A stretch of DNA of 64,000 nt from Paraspadella gotoi (Eukaryota > Animalia > Chaetognatha): the NCBI GenBank assembly GCA_051294375.1, contig JBJCIZ010000239.1:2431476-2495475 (forward strand), given 5' to 3'. Of this stretch, positions 1 through 12,951 are shown piece by piece (position 1 is the stretch's first letter; each line of letters begins with the position of its first letter). The position numbers and the translations under genes were made by a program. A model generated the notes under the pieces. It had not been told where the DNA came from. It made no database searches and saw nothing but the letters and a program-made list of their open reading frames with translations.

Positions 1-2
1 CT

Positions 3-83
3 TATTCGAAGAGCCATCCGCCGGATGACGCCGCGAAAATTCCAACCTTGTTCGTCGATTATTTGAATAACGCTGTGCGGTAA
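3..83 (+). CDS. Possible 3' end of an upstream gene (YSKSHPPDDAAKIPTLFVDYLNNAVR*)
   Basis: Open frame from the window edge with exon-like GC content, ending TAA at 81-83, followed by AT/T-rich sequence. No family recognised. Confidence 0.3.
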   Translation, partial: YSKSHPPDDAAKIPTLFVDYLNNAVR

Positions 84-589
84 AAGGGGGGGTAGTTAAG
101 TCTTTACTCATCGTTTACTTTAACTTATTCTCGTTACGAACTGATAAATTATGTTTCAGTGAAGGTTTTCTTTTTTAACTCTTTGCTTTCTTCCTCGAGA
201 AAAAGTGTTATTACTTATTTCGCTTTGGGAAGAATGTCTCCCGGTTTTATATTCAATGAAAAACATTAGGTAGTGATTAAAATCAAAGAATAAGAATTTA
301 ATTCCATATTTGTCAGTCAGGTTTTAGTTACTGCTTGCACAGGAAATACAAATGTTTGAAATGATCCGATCGGCCTTGATCCAGTGATTGAGTGTCATAT
401 CGCTCGTGTTTTGTTATGAGGGCCTTAAGGCGTTGTCGTTTTTTTGTCCAGGGAGTTCGACAATTTCTAGTAATTATTTTTGGAAGGGAATATTTTTTTT
501 CATGCCCACAAAACTAATATGTTATTATTTTTGCGTTTTAGACATAATGGAAGGAAATATAACTAATTGAATATAGTGCGGGGAAAAAA

Positions 590-1954
590 ATGACGCTTTC
601 ATGTGAACAGTCGTCGGAAGAAAGCGGTCTTTTGAGCGTTATCTCACTCTTACGCCAAGTTCGAAAGGAACTGAATTGTATTTTAACAAAGGCTTTGGAT
701 AACGAAGTCTTCGCGGAACATTTGTCAGCGGTTGAATCTTCGGTCTCTGTGCTTTTGGAAACTGTAACCACTTTGCTGCACACACAAGTAATATTTATTA
801 TATAAATATCTCTCAATTTCAATTTAATAAAGTACCTAATTCGGTAATATTTTCGTTTTTTATTCCAGATAAAGAAGGAAACTGATGAATCGTCGTTTGA
901 TTCTCAAATCGACATTACACTTTCAACCTGTCCTTGCCCGGAATCGCTCGATGCGACTTTGGTCGACGATTCCCAATATTCGGATACCGCGCGTCCGAAG
1001 TCCCAACGGAAAAAAGATGGTCTGATCCGTGATGTCGTGTCTGTCGGGCGCCAATCTAATCCGGATTCTGCATCCGGGGAAGGAAAAAAAATAATTCCTT
1101 GTTTGGAGCCAACGAAGAAATCCACGACTAAACTGAGTTCTCTAAATCCACCGAAAGAACGTGGGGAAAATTTGGTGCCCGTACATGACAAGTTTCACTG
1201 TCCGCTGTGCGGAAAATCTTTGAAAAACAAAGGCTGCTTTGAATCACACCTCAAGAGGATCCACGGAGAAAAGAAGTTCCAATGCTCCGTTTGCGGACAA
1301 AAGTACGGACTTCAGTCCCAACTCAACACTCACGTGGCCAGAGACCACGAAGGTCGCATTTATCCTTGTGACTCCTGCGGGAAAACCTACAAAACCAAAA
1401 GCGCCATGATCTCTCACTTCTCTTCCTTTCACGAAAGAATTAAACATCTCTGCAGCGCGTGCGGCAAAGAGTTTTCCCGAGAGGAGTCTCTTTTATCTCA
1501 TAAACTATACGTGCACGAAAATCGCGGGAGCGTGTGCAAGATTTGCGATCGCAAGTTCAAGAGACCCGAGTCTATGCACAAACACGTCAGCCGGGTGCAC
1601 AAAGGGAAGACTTTTCCCTGTTCCGTTTGCGGAAAGGAGTTGGCCACGCCGAAATCGCTGAAGGATCACGAGCAGAACTTTCACGCCGAGGAAAAGAACG
1701 TTTTCGCTTGCAAACTGTGCGGGAAAGTGAAGCACACGCAACGGGGTTTAAAACTGCACGTCGCTTCGGTTCACGAGGGGAAAAAGTTTTTGTGTCCTTC
1801 GTGTCCGATGGAGTTTAGTTGGCACAGTCTAAGGCGGAACCACATAAGGATTGTTCATGAAGGCGTCAAATTTCATTGTCAGCTATGCGGAAAAAACTTT
1901 TCTCAAGGCTCCGCTTTAAAAACGCATACCGATTCAGTGCATGGAAAAAACTAG
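590..1954 (+). CDS. C2H2 zinc-finger protein (about 9 tandem fingers), 2 exons
   Basis: Exon 590-787, GT-AG intron 788-868, exon 869-1954 in frame. Repeated CxxC-x12-H-x4-H motifs (e.g. CPLCGKSLKNKGCFESHLKRIH). Confidence 0.9.
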
Positions 1955-2211
1955 TTTTATATAGATATGAACTTTTACGACTGTTAAATTTATGACCAAA
2001 ATGTTAATTACTTAACTAGTCTTATTGGACTGGTCGTCACTTAGTGACTACGTAGTACGTGACAAATTGTTTCTATTGTTTTATTCCGTATAAGTATTTT
2101 TAAAAAGTTAGAATTTTTGTATCCTACATTAATTTATAAAATATGATATTTATTTTTGTTATCTTTAATCCAGTTGCAAAATCCTTCCTTCATTCTAAAC
2201 ATCCTTTCATC

Positions 2212-2939
2212 ATGGGTGTTGAGGTAAGGATATCATTTTATGTTTAGCTTTTAAAAGTCGTTTTTGGGTGTTTGAGGTGAGAGAGGACATTGTTTGCTCA
2301 AACTTGTTTTCTTATTGCCTATATCAGGTTGAAACGACCGCAGCCGGAGATGGCGTTACTTTTCCCAAGCAGGGCCAAACTGTGTCGGTTCACTACACCG
2401 GAACCTTGAAGGACGGGACCAAGTTCGATTCTTCGAGGGACCGTGGCAAACCCTTTGACTTTAAGATTGGAACCGGCCAAGTGATTAAAGGTGAGGTCAT
2501 GGCTGCTTAATCACGCTCTACAAGTAGTTTTCTTTAAGAATCAATTGATTTTTAGTTACGGTCGATTTCTTTGGCCCTTGGTTTATCTTACTATTATGTT
2601 TAAATACTTGCTTATTTTGATTAATGTTCTTTATATTTGTGTTATCACTTGATCATTTCGAGATACTATAAATTTGGAATGTGGCGCAACACCTTATAAC
2701 TTCTTTTTTTTTTCGATGGAAGTTATTATTAAATTTTTTTGTTGGTACTTGGAGGCTTAATTGACTCTATAACAATCATTGGATCAGGTTGGGATCAAGG
2801 CGTGGCTCAAATGTCCGTCGGTCAGAGGGCCAAGTTGACCTGCTCTCCGGATTTCGCCTACGGTGAACGCGGGTATCCGGGAGTGATTCCGCCCAGCGCC
2901 ACTCTCATCTTCGACGTCGAGCTGCTCAATATCAAATAA
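2212..2939 (+). CDS. FKBP1A: FK506-binding protein 12 (peptidyl-prolyl isomerase), 3 exons
   Basis: Exons 2212-2223 (MGVE), 2328-2490 ([38 protein letters not shown]) and 2788-2939 ([32 protein letters not shown]). Canonical FKBP12. Confidence 0.97.
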
Positions 2940-4017
2940 TTTCACACGAGTTCTCTCAAAATATCATTTTATATCCCGCAATGATTATATTAATCATTAC
3001 CAAAATGTTAGAGAAGAGCAAGCGCGCGTTTTACTCATGAAAAAAAGGAAAATAATTTTAAGTAACTAGTGATTTTTTTTCTTAAGGATGACGGGTTGCT
3101 CTGCAAGTTTTTAACCTACAATTATATCTTTTTTCTTTTTTTACTAACGCTATGAAGTGTTTTTTCTTTTGTTGAATTTTTTCCCTTGATCGTCATCCGT
3201 ATTAAAATGTACATCCATAATTTTTTTTTGGGGGGGGCTTTCTAATATATTTATAATTAGTACCAGATTTCAAATAAAGTGTATACCTTTTAAAAACTAT
3301 TTTTCTTAGCGACTTAATATCACAAGCACGTTAATGTATTTTCGGTTTCAGTTTTCTTTTTCCGCCCACACGATAAACAAATTTTCGAGCAATATTTGCT
3401 TTTTTTCCCCCTTTTCTCAGATATTTTTTTTTTTATACAAAAGTGACGGTTTTGTTTTTCATCAAGACTCGGAGATGCTCCGCGACATCAAAACTCGATA
3501 CAGTGACTCGGAAACTTTAATCATCTCCGTCGTCGGTTCTCTCTCTCCCTCGCTCCCAACTGACACATCCGATAAACTCATGAGGTTGAAAAGAGTCCCG
3601 GCGACATGGAGACACTTTTGTCGCGCCGGCGAATTCCCTACGCGCTGACTTACTCGTTCACAGTTGATTCTTCTCGCTCCCGAAGGCCCCGTTCCATCGA
3701 TCTCGCCCGGATCGGCCGCTTTCGGCAATTCGACACATTTAGATGCATGAATCTTTTTCGTTTTCCACCAAGAGGTGAGATGAGAAAAAGGCTTAATATT
3801 GCACTCATGGTCGAACTATTAAAATTAAACTATGTAATTTTTTTTCTTCAAATTTACCGATTTCCTTTTGAATGATTCATTTCACGGTTGCAGCGAAATT
3901 TCACGCCTTGACTACGACGGCTGCCCATAGCGACCGGTACTACCTGGGGCCGCTGCTGCACCGGTCGTGGCACAGGCTGCCACGACTGGAGCACTGGCGT
4001 CCGCCCGTCGCTTCCAG

Positions 4018-7000
4018 ATGACATTAACATCTGCAAACTCCTCACCGGTAGATGCAACGTCATCGACTAGTCCCCAGGGCGAGAGGGCGTTTAACGCAGG
4101 TAGTATATTATCGCGGATCGGGTTATCCGAACTTTGAGATCGCTGGTACCAATTTAGCGTTAATTGTTACTCAATTTTCCAGGTGGAAATGGGAACGCGT
4201 TCGTTTTCGACGATCGCGGCGGCGGCGGTGACGTCGGCGGTGCAGCTGCTGCCGCCGCTGGATTATCGCCCAACGGCGGCGAATCTCGATCTTGTTCGCC
4301 GCCCAATTCTCTCTCCATCTCCACTCGCGGCAACTCATATTTCGCCGGAATCTCTTGCTCTTCCTCATCTTCATCCTCCACTGGTGGGTTGACTATTTAA
4401 GTTTGGTTGGGAGATATATTTTTTTACGAGAGCACAATTAGTGCGATTGGGCAACGAGCTTTTTAGATCTTTTTAGATCACATTGGTGTTTGTTGGTGCT
4501 CTTATGTATTTGGATTAATATTTACTAGGCTTTGTCACTAATATCTTCTTTCTCAGGTCACAACGTGCCGCCGATGGGAGAAGGGCTCCTCTCGAGCTCT
4601 CACGATCCAGCGCCCCAAACGGCTCCCTCGCCCTCCCTCGCCGTCGCCGCCTCGGGCAATAAATACGAGAGCCTCCTCGACCAAGTCCGCACTCGACAGA
4701 CTCTGCACATCAAAGTGGCCGAGGCGAAGAACCTTCCTATCCAGACTCGTTCCCACTCCGTGTGGGGCAAGACCACGCACGAGAGCGAGGCCCGCGACAC
4801 CTTCTGCGTCGTCTCTCTCGATCACGAAGAGATCTTTCGGACGAACACGGTGGAAAAGACCAACAACCCATTCTACTCCGAGGAGTTCAAGTGCCAGGTC
4901 CCGCGGTCCTTTCGCTATCTCAACTACTACGTGTACGATCGCGGACTGAAGCAGAGCAAACCATTGGGCAAAGTCTCCCTCAAACGGGAAGAACTCACGC
5001 AGTTTCAAAACCGCGACACTTGGTTCCCGCTTCATCCCGTCGACGCGGATTCCGAGGTACAGGGTAAGGTGCACGTGGAGATTCGCACGGACGAATTGAC
5101 TGGACGGAGTTCGTCGAGTCACTATCTCTCGGCCGTCGAGGTCGGCGGCGGCGGCGGTCACGCGTACGGCAGTCCGACTCGCGGCAGCGTCGGCAGCAGC
5201 AGTAGCGGAAGCAGCGTCGCCGGTGAACGAACGTCCAGCGTGCTCGGCGGCCAGTCCACTTCGTCTCTCGGCGGCGGCGGGCGGGAAAACTCGGGCGGCG
5301 GTTACGGTAACAACAAGCTCGTCGTCCGGGTATTGGAATGCTCCGACCTCAATATCATTCACGGATGCTGCGACCCTTACATGGAAATATCCCTTTGGTG
5401 CTGCTGCCCAGGGGTCGCCAATGCCCTCAAGATCGACATGAAAAAGTCGAAGGTGAAGAGGAAAACTCAGAATCCGCGCTACAACGAGTCCTTCGTCTTC
5501 GACTATCTCGCCAAAATTCAGTCCAAAGACAACAATCATTTCCGGGAATTCTCGGGGATTTTGGAGGATGATTTGGACAAGCTCGAGTTGCGCCTCACCG
5601 TCTGGCACTACCACATCAGCGGGGATTCTTTTCTCGGCGAGGTCAAGATCGCATTGGAGTCGCTCAAAGGTGGAAGTCGTCGGGGATGTCATTGTTGTTT
5701 TTCGTTTTTTGTTTTTGTTTTTTTTTTTGTTTTGAGGTTTGCAGCTGATGTGACTGATAAGAAGTTACCACTTAGTATCGGCGAACCAAAGTACCTTCAT
5801 TAATCAATGGACAGACAGTAAATTTATAGTCAGGCACATTGTCATAAATGAGATGAGGAAACAACAATTATCAGGAACCACATCGTTTTGCCAATTGATT
5901 CCCAATCGTTTGACGATCGTCTTCGTTTTTTTTTTTTTTTTCAGGTCAACCTTCCGTCTACAATGCTTGGTACTTTCTGCAACCCCGGCGTCGCGCTTTG
6001 CCGTCGTCGTCGACCTCGACGTCGCTTGCTTCCGCCTCCGGTTCGAGTCTCGCGCCTCCATCATCGATGTCTCTCACTTCTTCCCCTTCCTCCCCAGCGC
6101 CTTCGTCCTTCTCTCACTCCTCATTCCTCAATCGTAACGCCGTCACCTCAGTGAGTTTTTTTTTCGGAATTCGGAAACTTTCCTTGCTGTAATTGCTGTG
6201 AAAATATTAAATGATTGGGTGTTGATTCGAAAAAGTCGTGCTTTCTGTTGCGTGTGTTGGAGGGGAATTCTTCCGAGCGGAAACCGGGAGATGCCTTATT
6301 TTTTTTTATTTCTTCCATTTAGTCACCAACTTTCACGTCGAATGCTCTCTTCGCTCCGTCAAACTTGGGGTCCTTGCGACTCCGAATCACATACATGGAG
6401 GATCATATTTTTCCGCGTGACTACTACGAGGCCTTGGGAAAGCTGCTTTATCATTCTCATCTGGTAAAATAGTAATTTTAGGACGATTTTTTTTCTCCGT
6501 ATATTTTTCTAACTTATTATCTACTTCAGGTCAAACCGATACCATGCAGTGCGGCTTTTTTGCTCGGCGAGTTGGTGGACGCCAACAATCGTTCCGAGGC
6601 CGCGCAATCCATCGTCCGACTTTTCATGAACAAAAGAAAGATTGTTCATTTGCTAAGGTGCTTGGGAGACATTTAATTGCTAATTGTTCAAGCATGTTTG
6701 TTGAAGTGATGTTTGTTGTAAAGACAAGCAGACATAGAATACGTGTTTTTTCTTAAATCTAATCAAAGGCTGGAATGTGCTTCTTTAATTTTTGTATTTA
6801 CTTTGCTGTTACACCAGGGCGCTGGCTGAAGACGAGATCTCCAACACTTGTGATCCAACGGTGCTTTTTCGAGGAAACACAGTGGCTACGAAATGTATCG
6901 ACGAATTCATGAAAATTGCTGGGAGTCATTATTTACATTATACTTTAAAGTAAGTTTGGATATGCAAATCGTTTGCTTTTTAAATTGAAATGATTTCGAG

Positions 7001-10000
7001 TCGCTATTTTTTTTCTCTTCCAGATCAATTATCGATGAGATATTCTCGGATCATCGATCGTGCGAGATCGATGCGACGCTTCTGAGGCGCGAAGACAACA
7101 TCACCGAGAATTATGAAAATTTGAAGAGGTTTACAACCCGTTTATTTTCTTCAAAGTATCAAGATATATCGAATTAACTTTTTTCAATATCTATTTTTAG
7201 CTACGTTGTCCGAATCGTATTATCCATCACCGATTCGGCTCTCGTTTGCCCCACGCTCTTCTGCGAAGTCTTTTACAGCCTTAAGGAAGCCGCCGTGAAA
7301 TATTTCCCCGAGCAGCAGGAAGCGGTGAGTAAAGATGATCGACCTTACCAAGCGTCTGGCGTGTTTCTCAATCCAACGTTTTATTACAGGTCAAATACGT
7401 TGTGGTGAGTGGCTTCATCTTTCTTCGGTTTTTCGCCCCGGCGATTTTGGGTCCTCGCCTTTTTCAACTGAGACAGGACACCCCGGACGCTCTCACTCAA
7501 AGAACCCTCACGCTTATTTCTAAAGCTATACAGGTGACGGAAAAGATTGACTCAATTTTGGATGACGTTAAAAGTTTTATATTACTATGAAGATGCTTAT
7601 TGTCAGTACATAATTCACAAAAAAATTACGAATGGCGAATAGTTTCAATCGAGTTCGTCCATGCTTTGAGAGAGAAACGTAGTCCAAGTCATCCTAGAAA
7701 AAAAAATGTTTAAAACCACATTGGTAAACCCTTGACCTTGACCTAAAAAATTTCCCATGTAAAACCTAAAATCTATATATTACAGGGTTTGGGAAACTTG
7801 GTGTGTTCCCCGAACAGCGTTCGCTCGGTTCGTAACCGCGACAAGTCCTACAAAGAAACCTACATGCAGCCATTGTACACCGATCTGATTGAAACCGTGT
7901 GTCTATTGGACGCCGTCCGCCGTTTTCTTGACATCATTTCTTGCGCGAAAAGGGCGCACGCTCAAATCATTGAGGAGCCTATAATCCTGAAGGAAGGATT
8001 CATGACTAAGAGAGCCCAGGTGATTGTTTTTCTAGAAAAAAAAAAGCCAGTCTATAAAACGTTGTAGAACGCAACAAAAAGTACCTGTACTCCCATGTGA
8101 AATTTTTTATCTAATTCATTATCACGGTACATGCGATGACTCTCAAAGAAGTTTTAGTATCCTTCGAATCGGAGATTGGTGATATTGAAGCCGTGATCTG
8201 ATATTCGATTTAACAATTTTATGATCAGCATTTAATGGCTGCCTGTATTCCCAGGGTCGTCGCCGATGGGGTCGAAAGAACTTCAAGCAGCGATTCTTCT
8301 GCCTCACGACCAACGGGTTTTATTACTCGAAAGAGAAGGGAAGCCCCGCTCTCTGTCAAATGCCTCTCGAGGACATCCTCGCCGTGGAAACGCTTGAAGA
8401 GGAAAGCTTCAAAATGAAGAACATGTTTCAGGTGCTCGAATTTGCTAGGATAGAATGACTGGATTATGTCCACAGGGTAATTTTAGGAACACGTTAGCCT
8501 GACATGCAGATTTAAATAATGATTGTCCATTTTGAGTTGATGAATGCGAAGGCGTCTTGTTGGCTTTTTTGGAATGTTAATGCTTATTATAAGGGAGTGG
8601 TCATTTGATACCATTTGAATACCATTTCATTGATGGGAAGCCAGGTGCTTTGGGCCTGGGAGGAAATAAACTTTTGCATGGTGATTAGGGCTCAATAATA
8701 CTTGTATACTGGTATATACTTGTAAAGTCGAAATATAAAAACCTAAAAAAACTCCAGTAAAATTTTACTCTCGCCGACTGGCTTCTTTTAAAAAACTATT
8801 TAAAACTAAATATTTTTTTTAAAAATGTAAAAAAATATATTACCCCTTATCCCTAATCACCCTAAACCCCCCCTAAACCCCAGTCGGCGAAAGTAAAATT
8901 ATTCCCATTAACCAACCATAGGCGGCAAGATAACTTTTTATTGAATGAATATAAAATTTATATCATATATTATGCAAATTTCATTTGAATACATTATTGA
9001 ATTTTCCCCTTTTCAAAGGTCATTCAACCTGCCCGCACTCTTTACATCCAAGCGCCCAACTGCGTGGAAGAGACCGAGTGGGTTGACGTCCTGACTAAGA
9101 TTTCCCTCAACAATCGAGGACGCTTGAAACAGTACCACCCGGCGGCTTATCTCAACGGCCAGTATCAGTGCTGCAAAGCGGCGGCGCAGAACGCCCCGGG
9201 ATGCGAGCCGGTCTCGGCCCTGGACGAGTCCCTCCTTCCCATCCGGTTGGAGATCGACGAGGAGGCGGAGATGCAGCGAATTCACTCCCTCTTCCTCTCC
9301 AAAATGTCCGAGATGGAGCGACTCAAGTTAGAGTGCGAAGCTCACATCCTCCACGAGAATCCCTCGGGCTCCTCGTTGCCTTCTTCTTTGCCGGCCTCCA
9401 ACTCCGGCGCTCTCCTCTCCCACGCAGGGAGGTCCACTCTGCGAGAATCCACGAGCGGCGTGGGCGTTCCCCGTCAATCTCCCTCGCCTTCGCCGTCTCC
9501 GTCGTCCTCGAAGGGAACGGCGGTGCCGTCGACGGCGACGTCGGCCACCATCTTCTTTCCTCCATCATTTTCGTCTTCGTCGTATCCTCCTCCGTCGGGA
9601 ACGGCGTCGTCCGCCTCGTCGACCCCCAACTCTCTCCACGGTCCCCCAACTCCGCCCTCGAATTCCTTAGTGCCTGCCAACCTATCTTCCTCCAGCGACG
9701 TAACACATTTCCCCGCGCCGCCGCCGCCGCGGACACCGAAGACTCCCAAAACTCTCTCGGCCCACTCGAGCAGCAGCAGCAGCGGATGCCTTAGCAGCAG
9801 CAACGTGAAAAGCCACCACGGTTTATCCAGCCCGCCACCACCGCCGCCGCCCGTTCCTCATCATTCTTCTCGCGTGCCTCCTCCTCCACTCACTCCACCT
9901 TGCTTGGGTGCCGTGGGTGGCCACCCCGCTCCAAGGACGCCGCCCGGTCCGACTATTTCCCCTCCCATGTCCGCTCCATCCACTTCCGCTTCGCCTTCTT

Positions 10001-10497
10001 TTCCCCAACGTCACCATAAACCCCCACCCCCACCCCCACCTCTTCAAGTGAATTTTACGCCGATCACCGATCCCAATATGTGCCTACGAACCGTGGAAGA
10101 CATTCTTGGCTGCGTGAAGAAGCTGCACCAAGATCATACACAATATTTGCGGGCCCTTTACAAAGCAACGCAATATGGATCGAAGCAGGTAAGGATTGAA
10201 ACCATGAACGAAAAGGAATAAACAAAATTGAACCTGAAACGAAGCAAATCAAACAAAGGAAACGACTTGACAATAAAATTAACGAAGCAAAAACATATGT
10301 ATGTATTACATAATCTATATATAATATATATATATAATTTTTAGGCACCAATTGGTGACGATAACTACCTTAAAATGGCGGCGGCGCTTAAGAACACTTC
10401 TTTGACGGGTCCCAGCGGAGTATCGGGTCTGGAACTGGCAGCATCGGGCGATTTGCAATCCACACCTAGCTCTGTTTCTTCGTTTGTCGATAACTGA
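4018..10497 (+). CDS. RASA3: GAP1-family Ras GTPase-activating protein (C2-C2-RasGAP-PH-BTK), about 14 exons
   Basis: C2A ([32 protein letters not shown]), [11 protein letters not shown] linker, RasGAP motifs ([17 protein letters not shown]; [16 protein letters not shown]), PH ([24 protein letters not shown]), BTK motif ([14 protein letters not shown]), C-terminal YGSKQAPIGDD. Start at 4018 inferred from in-phase splicing 4099/4183 and 4383/4557. Confidence 0.92.
8761..8900. mobile_element. MITE family A, copy 1 (140 bp, in a RASA3 intron)
   Basis: 21-bp terminal inverted repeats AATTTTACTCTCGCCGACTGG / CCAGTCGGCGAAAGTAAAATT (1 mismatch). A-rich interior followed by CCCTAA-like repeats. Confidence 0.8.
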
Positions 10498-11756
10498 TCC
10501 GATGTTTTGATAAAAAAAAAAAAAAATTTCCTACGCGGAACAAATTGTTTTTTTCCCCCTTCATCCTTCGAACCTAGACTTTTCCATCACACCCTAGCAT
10601 CATCCCACCTCCTCTTTCTCTCCGCCCTTTTTTTATGGAGCGTTATCCGTTTTTATTCATCTTAATTTCTTGACCACTTATCTTCCCAAAGCTATTTTGA
10701 CAAGTATTCTCGACAGGTAAGCTCCGTGTATAAGTAAGATCTGCTTATCGCAGATTCCGACTCTCTATAATCCACTTTGTCGTTCCGTCGGTAAATCAAT
10801 TTAGATCATCTCCGAACATCGAATTATGAAGAACAATGGGAAAAAAAATTATGTCCGTATGTCTGTCTATCCCCCGTTAGCATTAAGCGTGAATAGATGG
10901 ATTGATTGAGATTAAATTTTGTGTGTGGGGAGGAATTCTGTTGAAGTCGCCGCCCGGCCCCCCCCCCCACATAAGCCCTCGTAATCTCGAGGTGCCAATA
11001 TCGCGAAAAGTTATCAGAAAATAACGATAAAAAACAAAAGAAATGAAGTTAAATGTAATGAAAACGGAGAGAAAACAAAAGACAAAAGTTCGAGCTGAAT
11101 GTAAAGTTACGATGGAATGGAGTAGAAATAAATTTGAATGGAAAAAAAAAGTCTCTCTTGTCAGATCTGCGAACGATAATTTAGCGGTATAAAATGATTG
11201 ACTGGCAGATTGATTAGTTGATTGAATGATGGTTTTGTAAAAAAAAGACAAAAAGAAAGGAGAGAAACTAAAAAATAAAGAAAAATTCAAAGGAAATAAA
11301 GAAAATTAAAACATAAGCAAGTGAAAACAATAAAATGTTTGAACCATACAATAATTCTTTTCAAGAAAATTGATAATAAATAAAAGGATACTATTTCAAT
11401 ACAGATTCCAGAAGACAACCGATGTGTTAAAACAAATATATAATATTAAAAAAGAAAAAAGTGTTGAAAATTAATGTTAAAAACAAAACCATATCAAAAG
11501 TTGAATGTGAGTTGTAATTAATAAATTAGAAAATTTATTGTGACTTATCATCTGATTAACTGCTTGCCGTCAAATTAACGTAGGCAGATCCGACATTGTT
11601 TGCTCTATCTTGTTAAATACAAAATTGAACATTGAATTGGACATTTCAAAATCAAACATCTTTTGTAATATGAATAATTTAAAAAAAAAAGATTTAAAAT
11701 TGTAAGACTACTTCTTAGACATCGTGATTTTCCCTTCTTTTCGTTGTGGTTTGATA

Positions 11757-11836
11757 TTAGAAGACGTTTGAATTATTTTTTACAACAAATATAATACAAT
11801 AAAATCGTTGTAAAAAATAATTCGAACGTCTTCTAA
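11757..11836 (+). repeat. 30-bp inverted repeat (hairpin) with AATAAA in the loop
   Basis: TTAGAAGACGTTTGAATTATTTTTTACAAC (11757-11786) pairs with 11807-11836. The single mismatch is a G.U on the + strand. AATAAA at 11798-11803. Confidence 0.9.
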
Positions 11837-12951
11837 GAATACTTCTATTATATATTTCGGTTTTAAGTAAAATACGTCGGCTACCGAACAAAATGAGGAA
11901 AATTGAGAAAAAAATTTCAGGTGTTGCATTGTGCAGGAAAATATAATTCACAAAATAACACCTGAATAAGGTACACTATATAGAAATATTCGGAAAGTGT
12001 TAAGTACGTACTTAGTATATGTTTTAAATTTGTTGGTTTCTTTTTAATTTTTTTAACTAAAGCCAACGGACTTTAGTCAAATATAGTTAATTTAATAAAA
12101 TTATGGATTCGATTATAAAATTAATACGGTGAAATCAATTAAGATTTTAATGGGAATAATTTGAAGTTAAAATTGACGGGAAATACTTTTCAGAGCCAAT
12201 TTTAAACTGGTGGTTAATTTTTGTCAATTTTACACACCTGTGCTTTCGACAAATTTTTCTTTTCTTTTCGAGTTTCTAATCACATTTGATGACAATCTGT
12301 TGTTTTAGAATTTAATTTTTCTTTTTTTTTTGGTTGAGAAATTTTCCACGCTAGTCAATTTTTTTCTACAATTTTACAGTTTTCTTTCCAGAAGAATATT
12401 TGGATTATGATCCGATTACTTCTTTTAGGTATACTTAATTTTTTATAGACATAGATGTAACAGCAAAGTTTTTATCGACCGTATTTATGTTTTCCAAAAA
12501 TCATTAAAATTTTAGATTTTCTTGACTTGGTTCAAAAACCATTTTCTGCGTTCCCCCATTCTGTTTTTGAAATGTTTTTTTTGTTTTTTTGTTTCTAATG
12601 TTTTGTTATTAATACCGAGTCTGTCTGCTTTTTTCATTTATCACAAAGCACACTTTCTTTCGCAGAAAATTTCTTATTCTCACAAATAAATCTTTTTTGT
12701 AATCTTGTTTTTCTAAATTTATATTAAACTCGTTATTATACGCCCTTCGTATGACATTATTTAATAATTTTGAAAAAAAAAATCACGCTGTGACTTGGTC
12801 ACTGCTTTGATGTTGACCTTACGGAATTGTTAGATGAATCTTAATTCTTATGTATAATACTGTTGATTTTTAATACTGCAATGTAAAATGAAAGTTTTTA
12901 ATGTTTGTTTCTTCGTTCACAGAATTATTTAATGAAATAAAAAAAAGAAAC

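Noticed and set aside
4553-5692. Long minus-strand ORFs (e.g. 379 aa at 4553-5692, 255 aa at 21414-22181, 276 aa at 63013-63843)
   Set aside because: They are antisense shadows of GC-rich + strand exons of recognisable genes and show no family motifs.
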